Translations under genes and position numbers: made by a program
The notes under the pieces: model-generated
Databases searched by the model: none
Told to the model about the DNA's origin: nothing
Seen by the model: the letters and a program-made list of their open reading frames with translations, nothing else
NCBI GenBank assembly: GCA_039096225.1
Contig: JBBPEB010000015.1
Location: 1,612,001 to 1,676,000 of the forward strand
DNA: 64,000 nt
Reading direction: 5' to 3'
From: Blastocystis sp. Blastoise
Lineage: Eukaryota; Protista; Bigyra: Opalinata
Shown: one piece after another, positions 1 to 11,670 of the stretch
Layout of the letters: the number at the start of each line of letters is the position of its first letter
How positions within the stretch are numbered: the first letter of the stretch is position 1

Positions 1-111
1 ATATATATTTATATTTATATTTATTCTATTTATTATGTTTAATATAATTCCTATACCCTTATTATACTATACTATAATTCCTATACCCTTATTATACTAT
101 AATAACTATAG

Positions 112-887
112 GTATTCTTCCTGGAGGAGTGGCTGAAATTTTTACTTCCAAGTATACTATTGTTTTGTTCTTTAGATGCTCTAATTATAGCCTATATTAA
201 TATACAATTATATATATCTATATTATTTGTGTCATCATTATATAGTGTAGATAAAGAAGTATTATACATGAAAAAAAGAAAAGGTTTCATTAAAATCGCT
301 TCTAAATACCATTTATATTTATGTCCTGTGTATAAATATATATTTATATTCATATTACTATTAATAATATATATGCATATAGGTATATATTTGGAAACAC
401 ACAGTTATATGTTCATGATGTAAAACCAGGGACTATTATAGAACGGTATATATATATAATAGTGTTTTTCAATAATACTAATGATTATAAACTATTATTC
501 ATTAATAATTATATATATTCTCCCTGAATAATAATTATTTTTTATATATAGACTCTCTCGATATCTTCGATCTCCTATTTTATATTTTTGGGGAAAAGGA
601 GGTATTCCTTTTATTCCTTATAATACAACATTAACTGCTGTTATTGGTAAGCCATTTCGACTGAAATCTCATGATTATAAACAATTAGGATATGAAAAAG
701 TATTCATTATTATTTTTATTAGTATTTGTTATTATTCTATTTATTTTATCTAATAATTCATATCATCATTGATTCCTTTTTATAGGCAATAGAAAAGTTG
801 CACAAAATATCTATGCAAAAAATACAACAAATCTATAATAAATATAATGATAAATTACATTATAATAAACCATTAATTATAATATAA
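112..887 (+). CDS. DGAT2: Diacylglycerol O-acyltransferase 2 family, 3' part (gene starts before the window); 5 exons visible
   Basis: Spliced GT-AG exons give ILPGGVAEIF...KKRKGFIKIA...LCPVYIFGN...YFWGKGGIPFIPY...AVIGKP, which are DGAT2/MOGAT motifs; TAA at 885-887. Confidence 0.85.
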
Positions 888-1193
888 AAAATATAAATTT
901 TACTATCAGTATTTCAAATATGTTTTTATTATAATTCATTATTATTATCTTGTTATGTTCTTTAATAAAATATATATTTCATGTAAAAAATATTCATGTA
1001 ATTATTATAATATGAACTGAGCATATAATAGAATGCATAATAATAACTCAACTTAAAATAAATAAACGAGAAACATATATATATATTTAACAAAAATTGA
1101 AAAAGAGAAAAATCCAAGTACTTATATATATATTGATAAATAATAACAAATTTATTAGACGTAAGTCAAGTATATAATAATGAGTATAATAAA

Positions 1194-1685
1194 TTATAGA
1201 GGATAACGATTGACGCCAATAGAATTGAGAGGGAATGTTGACGCGAAAGCAGGATATTCTGTAGTAGTCGACTGAGGAATTCCTCTTAACAACTCGTCAT
1301 CCTGTTTTTGTAATTCATCCAAATGTAAACGTATTTTTGATTTATGAACTCTTTCTCTATTTTCATACTCTTTCAGCTTGTTCTGAAGTTCTCGGTAAGC
1401 TCTCTCAACATTCTCCTTATAATTTTCAAATTCCCCATTCATTTTATTCAAACGACTTTCATAACTATATATATATATAAACGTAATAATTATATATATA
1501 TATATAAAAGTAATAATTACATATATATATATATACTCTCGTTGAATAGCCAGTCGTTTCTGTTCGTATTCGTCATGAATAGTGTCATATTGAGACTTGT
1601 AACGTTCTGCATTCTGATTGGCTGATAATAATTGTGATCTTAGTGACTATAAAAGTTGAATATATAATATTATTTATAAAAACAC

Positions 1686-1745
<60 letters not shown>

Positions 1746-1776
1746 TAAAAACAATATTGAAATGTTTCATTAATAA

Positions 1777-1818
<42 letters not shown>

Positions 1819-1876
1819 GTCAAATTGTTGTTGAATCTGTTGATATTTTGTTTGTAATAATTTATTAGAATCATTT

Positions 1877-1971
<95 letters not shown>

Positions 1972-2176
1972 TTCTGTAATCCTAATTAAAAAGTAATTTC
2001 AAATGATATCATATATATATATACTGATTATATTGTTGAATATATTTTTCTTTTTCATCTTTGATTGAGTTTAATTCAAAAGTATATTTATTATTTTCTT
2101 TTGTTAAAGAATTTATTTGTAATTCTTTTCTATAAATATTTAACATATTAGTTTAATAATAATAGTAATTATAATA

Positions 2177-2224
<48 letters not shown>

Positions 2225-3174
2225 ATTACTCTCTTAATTGATCAATAACTTTTTTATACTGAAGTTGATATGTCTGCATTTGATCCTGAACTTTCATATC
2301 GACTCTATAAAGAGAGAAGTATAAGTATAAATAGAAGAAATACAAATAATAACAATAATTATTATAACAAACATAATAAACATAATAATAAATACAATAA
2401 TAATAATTATTATTATTGATAAACATAATTAACATAATAATAAATACAATAATAATATATAATAATAATATACTGTTTATTAAAATCAATATCTTTTTGT
2501 TTATTTATATTAATTTGTTTATTAATTTCCTTCTGTAATAAACTCACTTGAGAATGTAAACTATCCAATGAACTATTATTCTTTATATATATAAGATTAT
2601 ATCTGATTATTAAATATATATATATATGTTATATATAATGAAGTATATATGTATAGAATTATATATACAGATATTTGTAATTGTTTAATTCGATCCTCAT
2701 AATTTGATTTCATTATATCAACTTGAGATAATTTTTGACGAAGAAGATCATTATCAGTTTTAAATCGATTTTCATTTTCACGAGAAGTTTCCAATAAGTA
2801 AAAAGATATATTAAAGAAAACAAATAATTCAAGAAAGAATAGTGTAATTAAATTATTATATAAAATAAGTAACTAAAAGCAATATTTTTAAAGGATATCT
2901 TTGAATATTCATTAATTTTCATTTGTTGTTGTTGAATCTGAGAATCTTTTTCAGATAATTGACTTGATTTGGCTTTATAATCATCTACGATGGATGTATA
3001 TCTCTGAGAAAGATTACTGTTTTCCTTCTTCAGTTGCTCTATTGCATTTTGATACTTTTTAAGTTTTGCAGCATAGATTTCTATTAACTGCTGCTCCGAT
3101 ACATCAGAGTCATCACCATATAAACCGATTCCTGGATTCATTGGATTATTTTGTGGAGAATACTGAGGAAACAT
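1194..3174 (-). CDS. Multi-exon coiled-coil protein of unknown function
   Basis: Exons join in frame from [10 protein letters not shown] through Q/E/K/L-rich heptad sequence to ...VNRYPL*; the model includes the AT-AC intron at 2798-2898. Confidence 0.7.
2798..2898 (-). other. U12-type AT-AC intron
   Basis: Donor ATATCCTTT, branch-like TTCTTTAAT 13 nt before AC; removal joins EYSK|LLETSREN in frame. Confidence 0.85.
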
Positions 3175-3309
3175 ATTCAAACTAAAAACATCATCGTTTT
3201 TATTCTTCAATTATAATATATATACATTTATAACTAGTATACTCGAGTTAGGAATTCATAAATGAATAACAGCGTATTTCCCAAAAAAAAAAAAAAAATC
3301 GGTTTAGCA

Positions 3310-4343
3310 TAGTCATTTTCCAAAAACCCGTGAAATTTTTTCACGGGTTTAAAACCCGTGAAAGAAATTCACGGGTTTTAGAAAATTACAGTGAAAAATC
3401 TTTCACGGGTTTTGAAACCCGTGAAAGATACTTATACCATATTAATCTGTTAATATTATATATATGATTTATTTGAATTGATGTTCATATATTAGAATCG
3501 TTGTTATACTCATGTATATAATTTCTATAATATAATTATCAAATTTTATACTAAATGGGCTCATTTCATGCCCTTATACTAATGTTTTCTTCATTTTATC
3601 ACAACAAAAATTTAACTAATTATTTTTGTACTTATAGAAAAGTAAAAAGAGTTGAAATCTATGTATAGAATAGATTTGTACAAATTACTATTGATGCTTT
3701 ACCAGCCAAATAAAGGTTGATAGTTTTTAAATGTTTATTATATGTATAATATATTGAAGAATTAATAATAATAAACTTATTTGTGAGAACATTTTATCCT
3801 ATTAAAAATAATAGATGAAAAGTTATTATATTATGTTTTTTATATCTAAGACACTTATTATATATTGAATGGAACACTTTTCATTGTTTTATAAAAGAAT
3901 AATTGTCTAAAGACAATAATTGAAGATATATTAATTAGTTATATTTCTTCATATTTGACTAGATGTCTATATGTATAGCACGGAAATATTGATACTATTG
4001 AATAATAAACAACTTCATCTGAATATGATCCAACTTATATTATGAAAACAGAATCAATAGCACACCTTCATATTTATCTATTGCTCCTGAAGTCAAAATA
4101 TGCAAATCAAAGAATCTAGATTCTTTGTTCACCAAGAAAAACAAATGAATTGATAAAAAACTTATTCTTATCAAAATATTTTTCCTTCAATATGAAATTT
4201 CCATATATTAATTTATAACAAAGAACATCTTAATCGTTTACAACTCATATAATGAGAGATATATAACAAAATAAAAACCCGTGAATTTCTTTCACGGGTT
4301 TTAAACCCGTGAAAAAATTTCACGGGTTTTTGGAAAATGACTA
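3310..4343. mobile_element. Non-autonomous hAT-like DNA transposon, 1034 bp, with 70-bp perfect TIRs and 8-bp TSD GTTTAGCA
   Basis: 3310-3379 is the exact reverse complement of 4274-4343; TSD at 3302-3309 and 4344-4351; TIRs built of ACCCGTGAA/TTCACGGGT palindromic units; no transposase ORF recognised. Confidence 0.92.
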
Positions 4344-4409
4344 GTTTAGCAAATAAATTGAAAAAAATGGCGTTTTAAATTATATTTTAGACAATTTACT
4401 CTTGAGAAG

Positions 4410-5650
4410 ATGCATCTTTCAGCGTTATTTGTATTTTTCTGTTTATTTCATGTGTCTTACTCAGGAATGATATTACATATAAGTGATATTCACTTAGATT
4501 TAGGTAAATTATCAGTTTGAATTTCTTTATTTTATTACTTTAACTAGAATATCATGAAGGTGGTGCTGCGAATTGTTGGTTTCCAGATTTAGGATGTTGT
4601 CATCCAACAACTCTTCCTTATGGCAAATATAGTATTTTTTCTCAATATATTATCATTATTCTTGTCATTCAGAGCCTGCTGGAAGGTTCAGTACAAGACA
4701 CTGTAGTTCTTCATATCTCTTAATGAAATCTTCTTTGGAATCTATTAAAAAATATGCAATTATTCATCCAGAATTCACACCAACGCTTATCATGTATACT
4801 GGAGATAGTGTAGGTAATCATGTGACTTATTTGAACCCTGGAATGTCGATGTATTATACTGAATTAGTTGCTCAAACATTCAAAGAAATATTTCCCAACA
4901 CAACGTAATTGTTTATTTTATTTTATTTTATTTTTATTATTATGTATATAGGATTATATATACTCCTGGGAATCATGATACTTGGCCTATTAATCAATGG
5001 TGGAAATATAATTCGTGGATTGTAAACAGTTGGTATAATAGCTGGAAGGTATATTAATAGTATTTTATTTATTGTATTATATTTTATTATATATTTTTTT
5101 TATTATGTATTATTAGTGTTTATATGTGTTACTATTATTATATATAGGACTCTATTCCTGAAGATCAAATTGACACATTTAAAACAGGTGCTTATTATGC
5201 TATTTCTCCTGAACCTAATCTTATGATTATATCTATTAATATTCTTTGGGGTGAATATAAATCATTTATTCTTAATGAAGAAGATGCAATAGTTATGTAT
5301 AATTGGGTTAATAATACACTCTCAAATTGTCGTCAGAATAATATTAAAGTATACTTAGTATACCATTTTGGCCTATGTATATATATTACATACTATATAT
5401 ATACACTATATATTGAAATATATATACATATATATTTTATATGCTATATATTTTAAATATACTATGCATTTTATATGCATATATTTTATATATACTATAT
5501 ATATATACTATATATATATACTATATATATATACTATATATAGGTGCTAGTGAGATGCGATCATCGATGTCTGACCATCTTCGTCAGATCTTTTCAGCAT
5601 ATAAGGATATTATTATTGCGTCTTTTTCTGGACATACTCATCATGAAGAA

Positions 5651-5707
<57 letters not shown>

Positions 5708-5847
5708 TGAATAAATATATATTATAGTTTAATATATATACATCTTCTTCTTCTGCTTCTGAATATATACATATGAATTATATGGTTCAATCACTTAAGC
5801 CGGATCATTCACCTGCTGGATTCAGAATGTATAGTTATGATGACTTG

Positions 5848-5905
<58 letters not shown>

Positions 5906-6322
5906 ATTATTATTATTATTCACTATATAACTTAATGAATACAACATAATATTTTAATATTATATATATAGAACTCATGAAATTACTAATATTTATTCAT
6001 TCTCTGAAAATGAACAAGAAACTGAAAAAACAAATATATTTACTCTAAGTCAACCTCTCTCTTATAGTATTTATATATATTTATTTATATAAAATATATA
6101 TATATATATATTATTTGAATATTTATAATATATATACTTATCTATATAGGAGATTTATTTGATTTAACTTCATTTGATACTAAATCATTTAGTCATTTAT
6201 TATTTTCTTTAAAAACAAATGAAACTTTAAGAACAAGATTTAATTCTCTATATACAAAAATACCAAATAAGAAATGTGATGAAGTATGTGTTCATAAATT
6301 CGAATCGACTATGGTATGCTAA
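4410..6322 (+). CDS. Secreted acid sphingomyelinase-like (SMPDL3-type) metallophosphoesterase
   Basis: Signal peptide MHLSALFVFFCLF, then HISDIHLD, YTGDSVGNH, TPGNHD, FSGHTH motifs; GT-AG introns; TAA at 6320-6322. Confidence 0.85.
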
Positions 6323-6723
6323 ATAATTAGACATGTCTATTACCTATATTAATAAGTTCTTTCTTTTCATTATTCAAAAAGTCGCTTTTCTCTCTTTTTT
6401 TACTCTAGTATTCTTTCTTGAATTCTTTACTTTTGAAATATATATATACTTTATGATTTCCTCATAAAAAGTGTTTTAATTCATTCATTTGTAGTTTCTT
6501 AGACTTTTTATTTCATATTTTTATATGATATTACTCATGTCAGCATTATAATTTTCAAATAATTAACCATTATTATTTGTATTCAAAGACTTATGAAGAA
6601 TAACAATATATTTTCGTTTCTCCAGAATTAATGCTCACAAATGACTCTAAAAATAATTGTAATTTCGATTTTTTTCATTTTTTAATATTTTGTTTTTTTA
6701 TGATTTCTTCAATTCTTCACAAT

Positions 6724-7542
6724 ATGTTTACAAAACCTATTATTGCTATTGACATGGACGAGGTTCTTTGCTATTTTGTACGAAACCTTGCACTTTTTGC
6801 TAACGAGAAAATGGGAACGAATCTGACTGAAAAAGATTACTTCAGTTATTATTTCTATAACGTTTGGAAGAATAGCAATGATGAAGTATGTTCATTATAT
6901 TTTTCAATTTTTATATTGTTTTATAATATTAGTGTCAAGCTATCGTTAGAGAGTTCTTTGATTCAAAATATTTCGAAGATGTATATATATATGTTTTTTT
7001 TTTCTAATTGTTTTTTTATTGTTTATTTTATTTACCTGAAGTCCCTCATTGTAAAGAAGTCTTAACAAGATTATCTAAAGATTTTGATCTGATTATTATA
7101 ACATCCAGACAATCAATATCCTTTTAATTATTATTATTTATTTTCTATAGTATTATTATTCCAATATATATATATGTATATATTCTTAATGAAAATACTT
7201 TTTAGAAAAACAAACAAATAATTGGCTTGATAAACATTTACCCGATTTATTTAAAGAAAGAATTATTTGTAATCATTTCAACACTCAAGGAAAAACACTG
7301 TAATTTATTAACTATTTATTATGTCTATTATTATTATTCTTTTGTTTATTATTATTATTATTCTTATGCTTATTATTGTTATTCTTATGTTTATTATTAT
7401 TTATATATTCAGTATTAATATTACATATATATTTATTATTTTCTTTTCTCTATTTTATTTAATATATAGTAAAAAAGTAGATGTTTGTAAAGAATACGGT
7501 GCTTGTGTTATGATTGACGATAACGTGAAATATTCACAAGAA

Positions 7543-7614
<72 letters not shown>

Positions 7615-7879
7615 CTATTATTTAAATATATGTATAGAAATATATTACTTTATTATTTTATTATTATTTAAATATATATATATATTTTCTACATTATTTA
7701 ATCATTAATTACTTATATAGTGTGCTGATGTTGTTCAATATGATATTTTATTTGGTAATTATGCTTGGAATACTGTTCCTGAAGGAGAAACTTTGAAATC
7801 GAATATAAAAAGATTAAATGATTGGCTTGAAATTGAGAATTATATAAATAATATTGTTAAACCATCTCTTAAACAATAA
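6724..7879 (+). CDS. HAD-family 5'(3')-deoxyribonucleotidase-like protein (NT5C/YorS family)
   Basis: IAIDMDEVL, IITSRQSFLEKQTNNWL, K..VC....A..MIDD, LFGNYAWN motifs after splicing. Confidence 0.8.
7116..7198 (+). other. U12-type AT-AC intron
   Basis: ATATCCTTTT donor, TTCTTAATGAAAATAC acceptor end; splicing restores the conserved TSRQS|FLEKQTNNWL. Confidence 0.9.
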
Positions 7880-8275
7880 ATTTATATATATTCATATATA
7901 TGCCATGTGTATGTTTTGTTTTTTATATGTTTCTTACTATATTACTTAGTTTATTTATTATTATTATTATATGTTATCAATACATATCATATATTTGTTA
8001 TTTTTATGAGCATTTTTAAGAATTCACTTTTGATTGTTATTCACATATATATGCATATTTAGTCAATTAATAAAAATGTGTCAAACAAGTAATGCTTAAA
8101 ACTTAAAAACAACTAATTAATTATAGATAAATGTTATTGACATGTATATATATAAATGATTAATTATTCAACAAATTTTTTAATTTTAGAAAATTTAACA
8201 AACAAATATAAGTTTCAAAATTAAAATTACAAAAGAAATTTTTAAAAATAAAAAAGATAGAGTATTCAATTTATA

Positions 8276-8793
8276 TTATACCCGTGAGAAATAATTGAAT
8301 AGTGTATTTTGTTTTTTGTTATTATTATGTGGATTATTATTATTTAGATTATTATTATTTAGATTATTATTATTTAGATTATTATTATTTAGATTATTAT
8401 TATTTAGATTATTATTATTTAGATTATTATTATTATTATTATATGAAACAGAACTAGGAGTATTTATATTTTGTGTCTGTTGGCTAAACGATTGGAATTG
8501 AAAGGGATTTGGCTGTATCCATATATCATGTAGAAACAATTAAAGAAAATAGCTCATACTTCTAGATTAAAATACTATAATAGTGTACTATATATAAATA
8601 GATAATAAAAAAAAGGATATTATTATCAAAAGTATTCATTTCAAAATCATCATCACAACTCGTCCATTTCTATATATGTATCGATAATATTTAATATATC
8701 TTGACCTTTTTCAATTAAGTGTTCTGGTAATTCCGTATTATAAGCAATATTCTCCAATAGAGAACGATTTTCTAATATAATATGCCGTGTTTG

Positions 8794-8850
<57 letters not shown>

Positions 8851-9372
8851 AATTGACAATGTTCTACTATATATAACAATATATCAACATAAATCAACAT
8901 ATCTCTTGGATCTGAAGTGATCAATCTCTTAAAGAATCCATCAATAACCGCGGGAATTAAAAGACAATGACCATACTCAACCTGATGACATATAAATAAA
9001 TTATGAAAACACATGGCAATTTCTCGTTGAATATCATAATTATTATTCAATATATATATGAGGCAATTAATTAGATTGTCAGTTACAATTGACTTTAGTA
9101 TATCGTTTGAAGATAAAAATACATTTGAAAAACACCATAGTGTTTTCTTAATAATATTGATATCTGGATTATTCAATGATTTACAAAGGAATAAAGAAAT
9201 AGACTCATTTGAAAGTATATTCTTACATAGATCATCTTGATGACTACACATATTCCCTATATATATATATATATTCTATATAATCTATATATTCTATATA
9301 ATCTATATATATATATAATCTATAGAATATATATATTCTATATAATCAATATATTCTATATATTCTATATAA

Positions 9373-9406
<34 letters not shown>

Positions 9407-10979
9407 AATAAAAGAGAGAAGAAGAGATTGAATAGAATTAAAACTATTCTCGTCAGTAGTACTACTTATATTATTACCATGAGAAACATTAGTAGTGGGT
9501 GATATATCGTTTGATATTACCAATGAATTGAAAAAATCACATTTTGAAATGATACATGAAAATATAGAATTATTCATTATTGAATTTGCAATTGATTCTG
9601 ATCTATTTAAAATTATAATTAATATAATAATTCATAATGTTATTAAATAAGATGGAAAATACAAAATAAATGAATAAAACTATATATAACAATATATATT
9701 ATAATTAATATAATAATAATATTTCATTTACTTATATATAATAGAATAGTATATACCTTGAAGATAACGATCTTAGTAGAGAAAATGTTCGATATACAAT
9801 AGTATTATTTTGACTCTATATATAGTAAGAATAATAGTATCACAATTAAAAGAAGAAGTAAAATTTATGATTATAATTATACTCACATTGTATAATATAA
9901 TATTCTATATACATTAATACAACAAGTGCAAATTGATATAATTTGCTGAATCTCATTAGCATTTAATTCCTTATAATCAGTAATAATATAATATACACAC
10001 AAAAGTGTATTATAAATAATTGTATCATCAATATTGTCAGTTATACATAAATTAGTAGACACTGTACTATTAGGAGAATTCCCCAAATTAAAACGCATAT
10101 TCATATCATTATTACATACTAATAAATCATGTAAAAAAGTCAACTATATAATGATATATATATAATAATATATATAATGATATATATATAATAATATATA
10201 TATACAGTTCCAAGTTTAACTATGTAGTCTTTATAATCACTATTTTTATAAATTGCTAAATTACCTTTATATATATAGATTGATTGAATACGATAAGTCT
10301 ATATATATACTAATTGTCCATAGTGAATATATTGTATATTCATTTTTACCACTTGATAAAAAATGTAATAATTGTGGAATAATAAGAGTCAACTATATAT
10401 ATAGCATTATGTTTAATATATTATAATAGTTATTAATTAAGATTCTATTTACTTTTTCAAATCTGTTTACTTCATAATAACTTAAACAAAAAATACATTT
10501 TAACGCTCCAGAAACAAGTTCATAATCGGCTTCTCGCATTAATAATGAGAGATTACTAATTATTCCATAGTCATACATATCTAGAATCTATACATATATA
10601 GTAAATATATAAAAACAATTCAAAAATACATTTTCTACTGATAATGTACCCTCTGTTAGTAGCAAAACTTGAATATGTTCCAATTCTGACAATTCCTTTT
10701 GTTTCTCCTTGCACTATATATAAATATTCATGCTGTATAAGTCCAATTATACATCTAAAGCAGCAACTAATTCTTGAATTTGAATAGATGTCAAAGATTC
10801 GCCTTTTGTATCATAAACAACTCGTCTTTTCTTTTGAATCATATCAGATAAATTTTGCCGATTTTTTCTTATTAGAGTTTTTAAGTATCTCTAATTAGAT
10901 TGTTAGAATGAAGATCCTATTTAAAAATTACCTCATGTAGATCGCCTCCTTCTTTGTTCAGAGATCTCTTTTTATTCAT
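8276..10979 (-). CDS. Importin-alpha/TMCO6-like armadillo-repeat protein; reading frame breaks at 8653 (see findings)
   Basis: IBB-like LIRKNRQNLSDMIQKKRR; ARM motifs LWTISNLA, FIGNMCS, LWCFSNV, REIAMCFHNL. Confidence 0.7.
8335..8440 (-). repeat. 15-bp tandem repeat encoding (NNNNL)n
   Basis: Repeated gattattattattta on the + strand. Confidence 0.8.
8530..8620 (-). other. U12-type AT-AC intron
   Basis: ATATCCTTTT donor, TTCTTTAATTGTTTCTAC end; joins FDN|N|DIWIQPNPF in frame. Confidence 0.8.
8794..8849 (-). repeat. Intron composed solely of GT(AT)26AG
   Basis: Removal joins HCQF|QTRHIILEN in frame. Confidence 0.8.
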
Positions 10980-11670
10980 ATGTGCTAATTCAAGTGTAAA
11001 AAAAAAATAATAATTGAATCATAATTTCATGATTTTCTCTTTTTCAAAGAGTCAAAAATGATAAAAACCAAAAAGATTTAGTTTGTGATAAGAGTTTTAT
11101 TTTAATTTTCTTTATCAACCAGTTATATCTTACGTGAATTATAAATATATCTACATTTAACTCGATGACAATAGGATTATAGTCAAAAGTAAAATCACTT
11201 GTATTCTTTAATTAGCCATTTGTCTGTCAGAGTCTCAAAGAAACTAGTTTATAAATGTAACTAACATATGCTTGACACTATCAATAATCTTCTTCGTCAT
11301 TCTAAAATGTAAAATACTAATATATTATATGATGGACGTTGATTAACCATATTTTCAGTCAATACTATATTTTTTGAATGGAAAAGTAGCATTTCTAGTT
11401 AAAATAAAAACAATAAATATGATATAATTCATTATCTCCATATTAAGAGCTTTATTATCTTGAAACTTTATGCATTGAATTATGTACTAACTACAAAGAT
11501 TAGAAGTTGTGTTAAACTATTGATTAACAAAACTGAATCGAGAACAACATGTATACATGTTTATAAACCCCAGAAAAGTAAATATATAAATAAAACATAT
11601 GATATAAATTTTATATATAACAACCAATATATATATACATAAAAATATCAAAATAAATTACGGATCTTCT

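Noticed and set aside
1880-1981. Possible 12-nt exon GATTACAGAATG followed by a pure (AT)n intron, creating an in-frame TGA (hint of stop-codon reassignment)
   Set aside because: It has no GT donor, and skipping it keeps the frame (phase 2 to phase 2). Trp is TGG elsewhere and no other in-frame stops were needed. Unresolved; possibly an assembly error next to the microsatellite.
3310-3430. Palindromic repeat cluster resembling a CRISPR array or operator array
   Set aside because: There are no unique spacers of regular length and no cas genes; it is explained as transposon TIR/subterminal repeats.
3430-4273. Possible transposase remnant inside the hAT-like element
   Set aside because: Only short, stop-interrupted frames with no recognisable BED, DDE or hAT dimerisation motif by eye.
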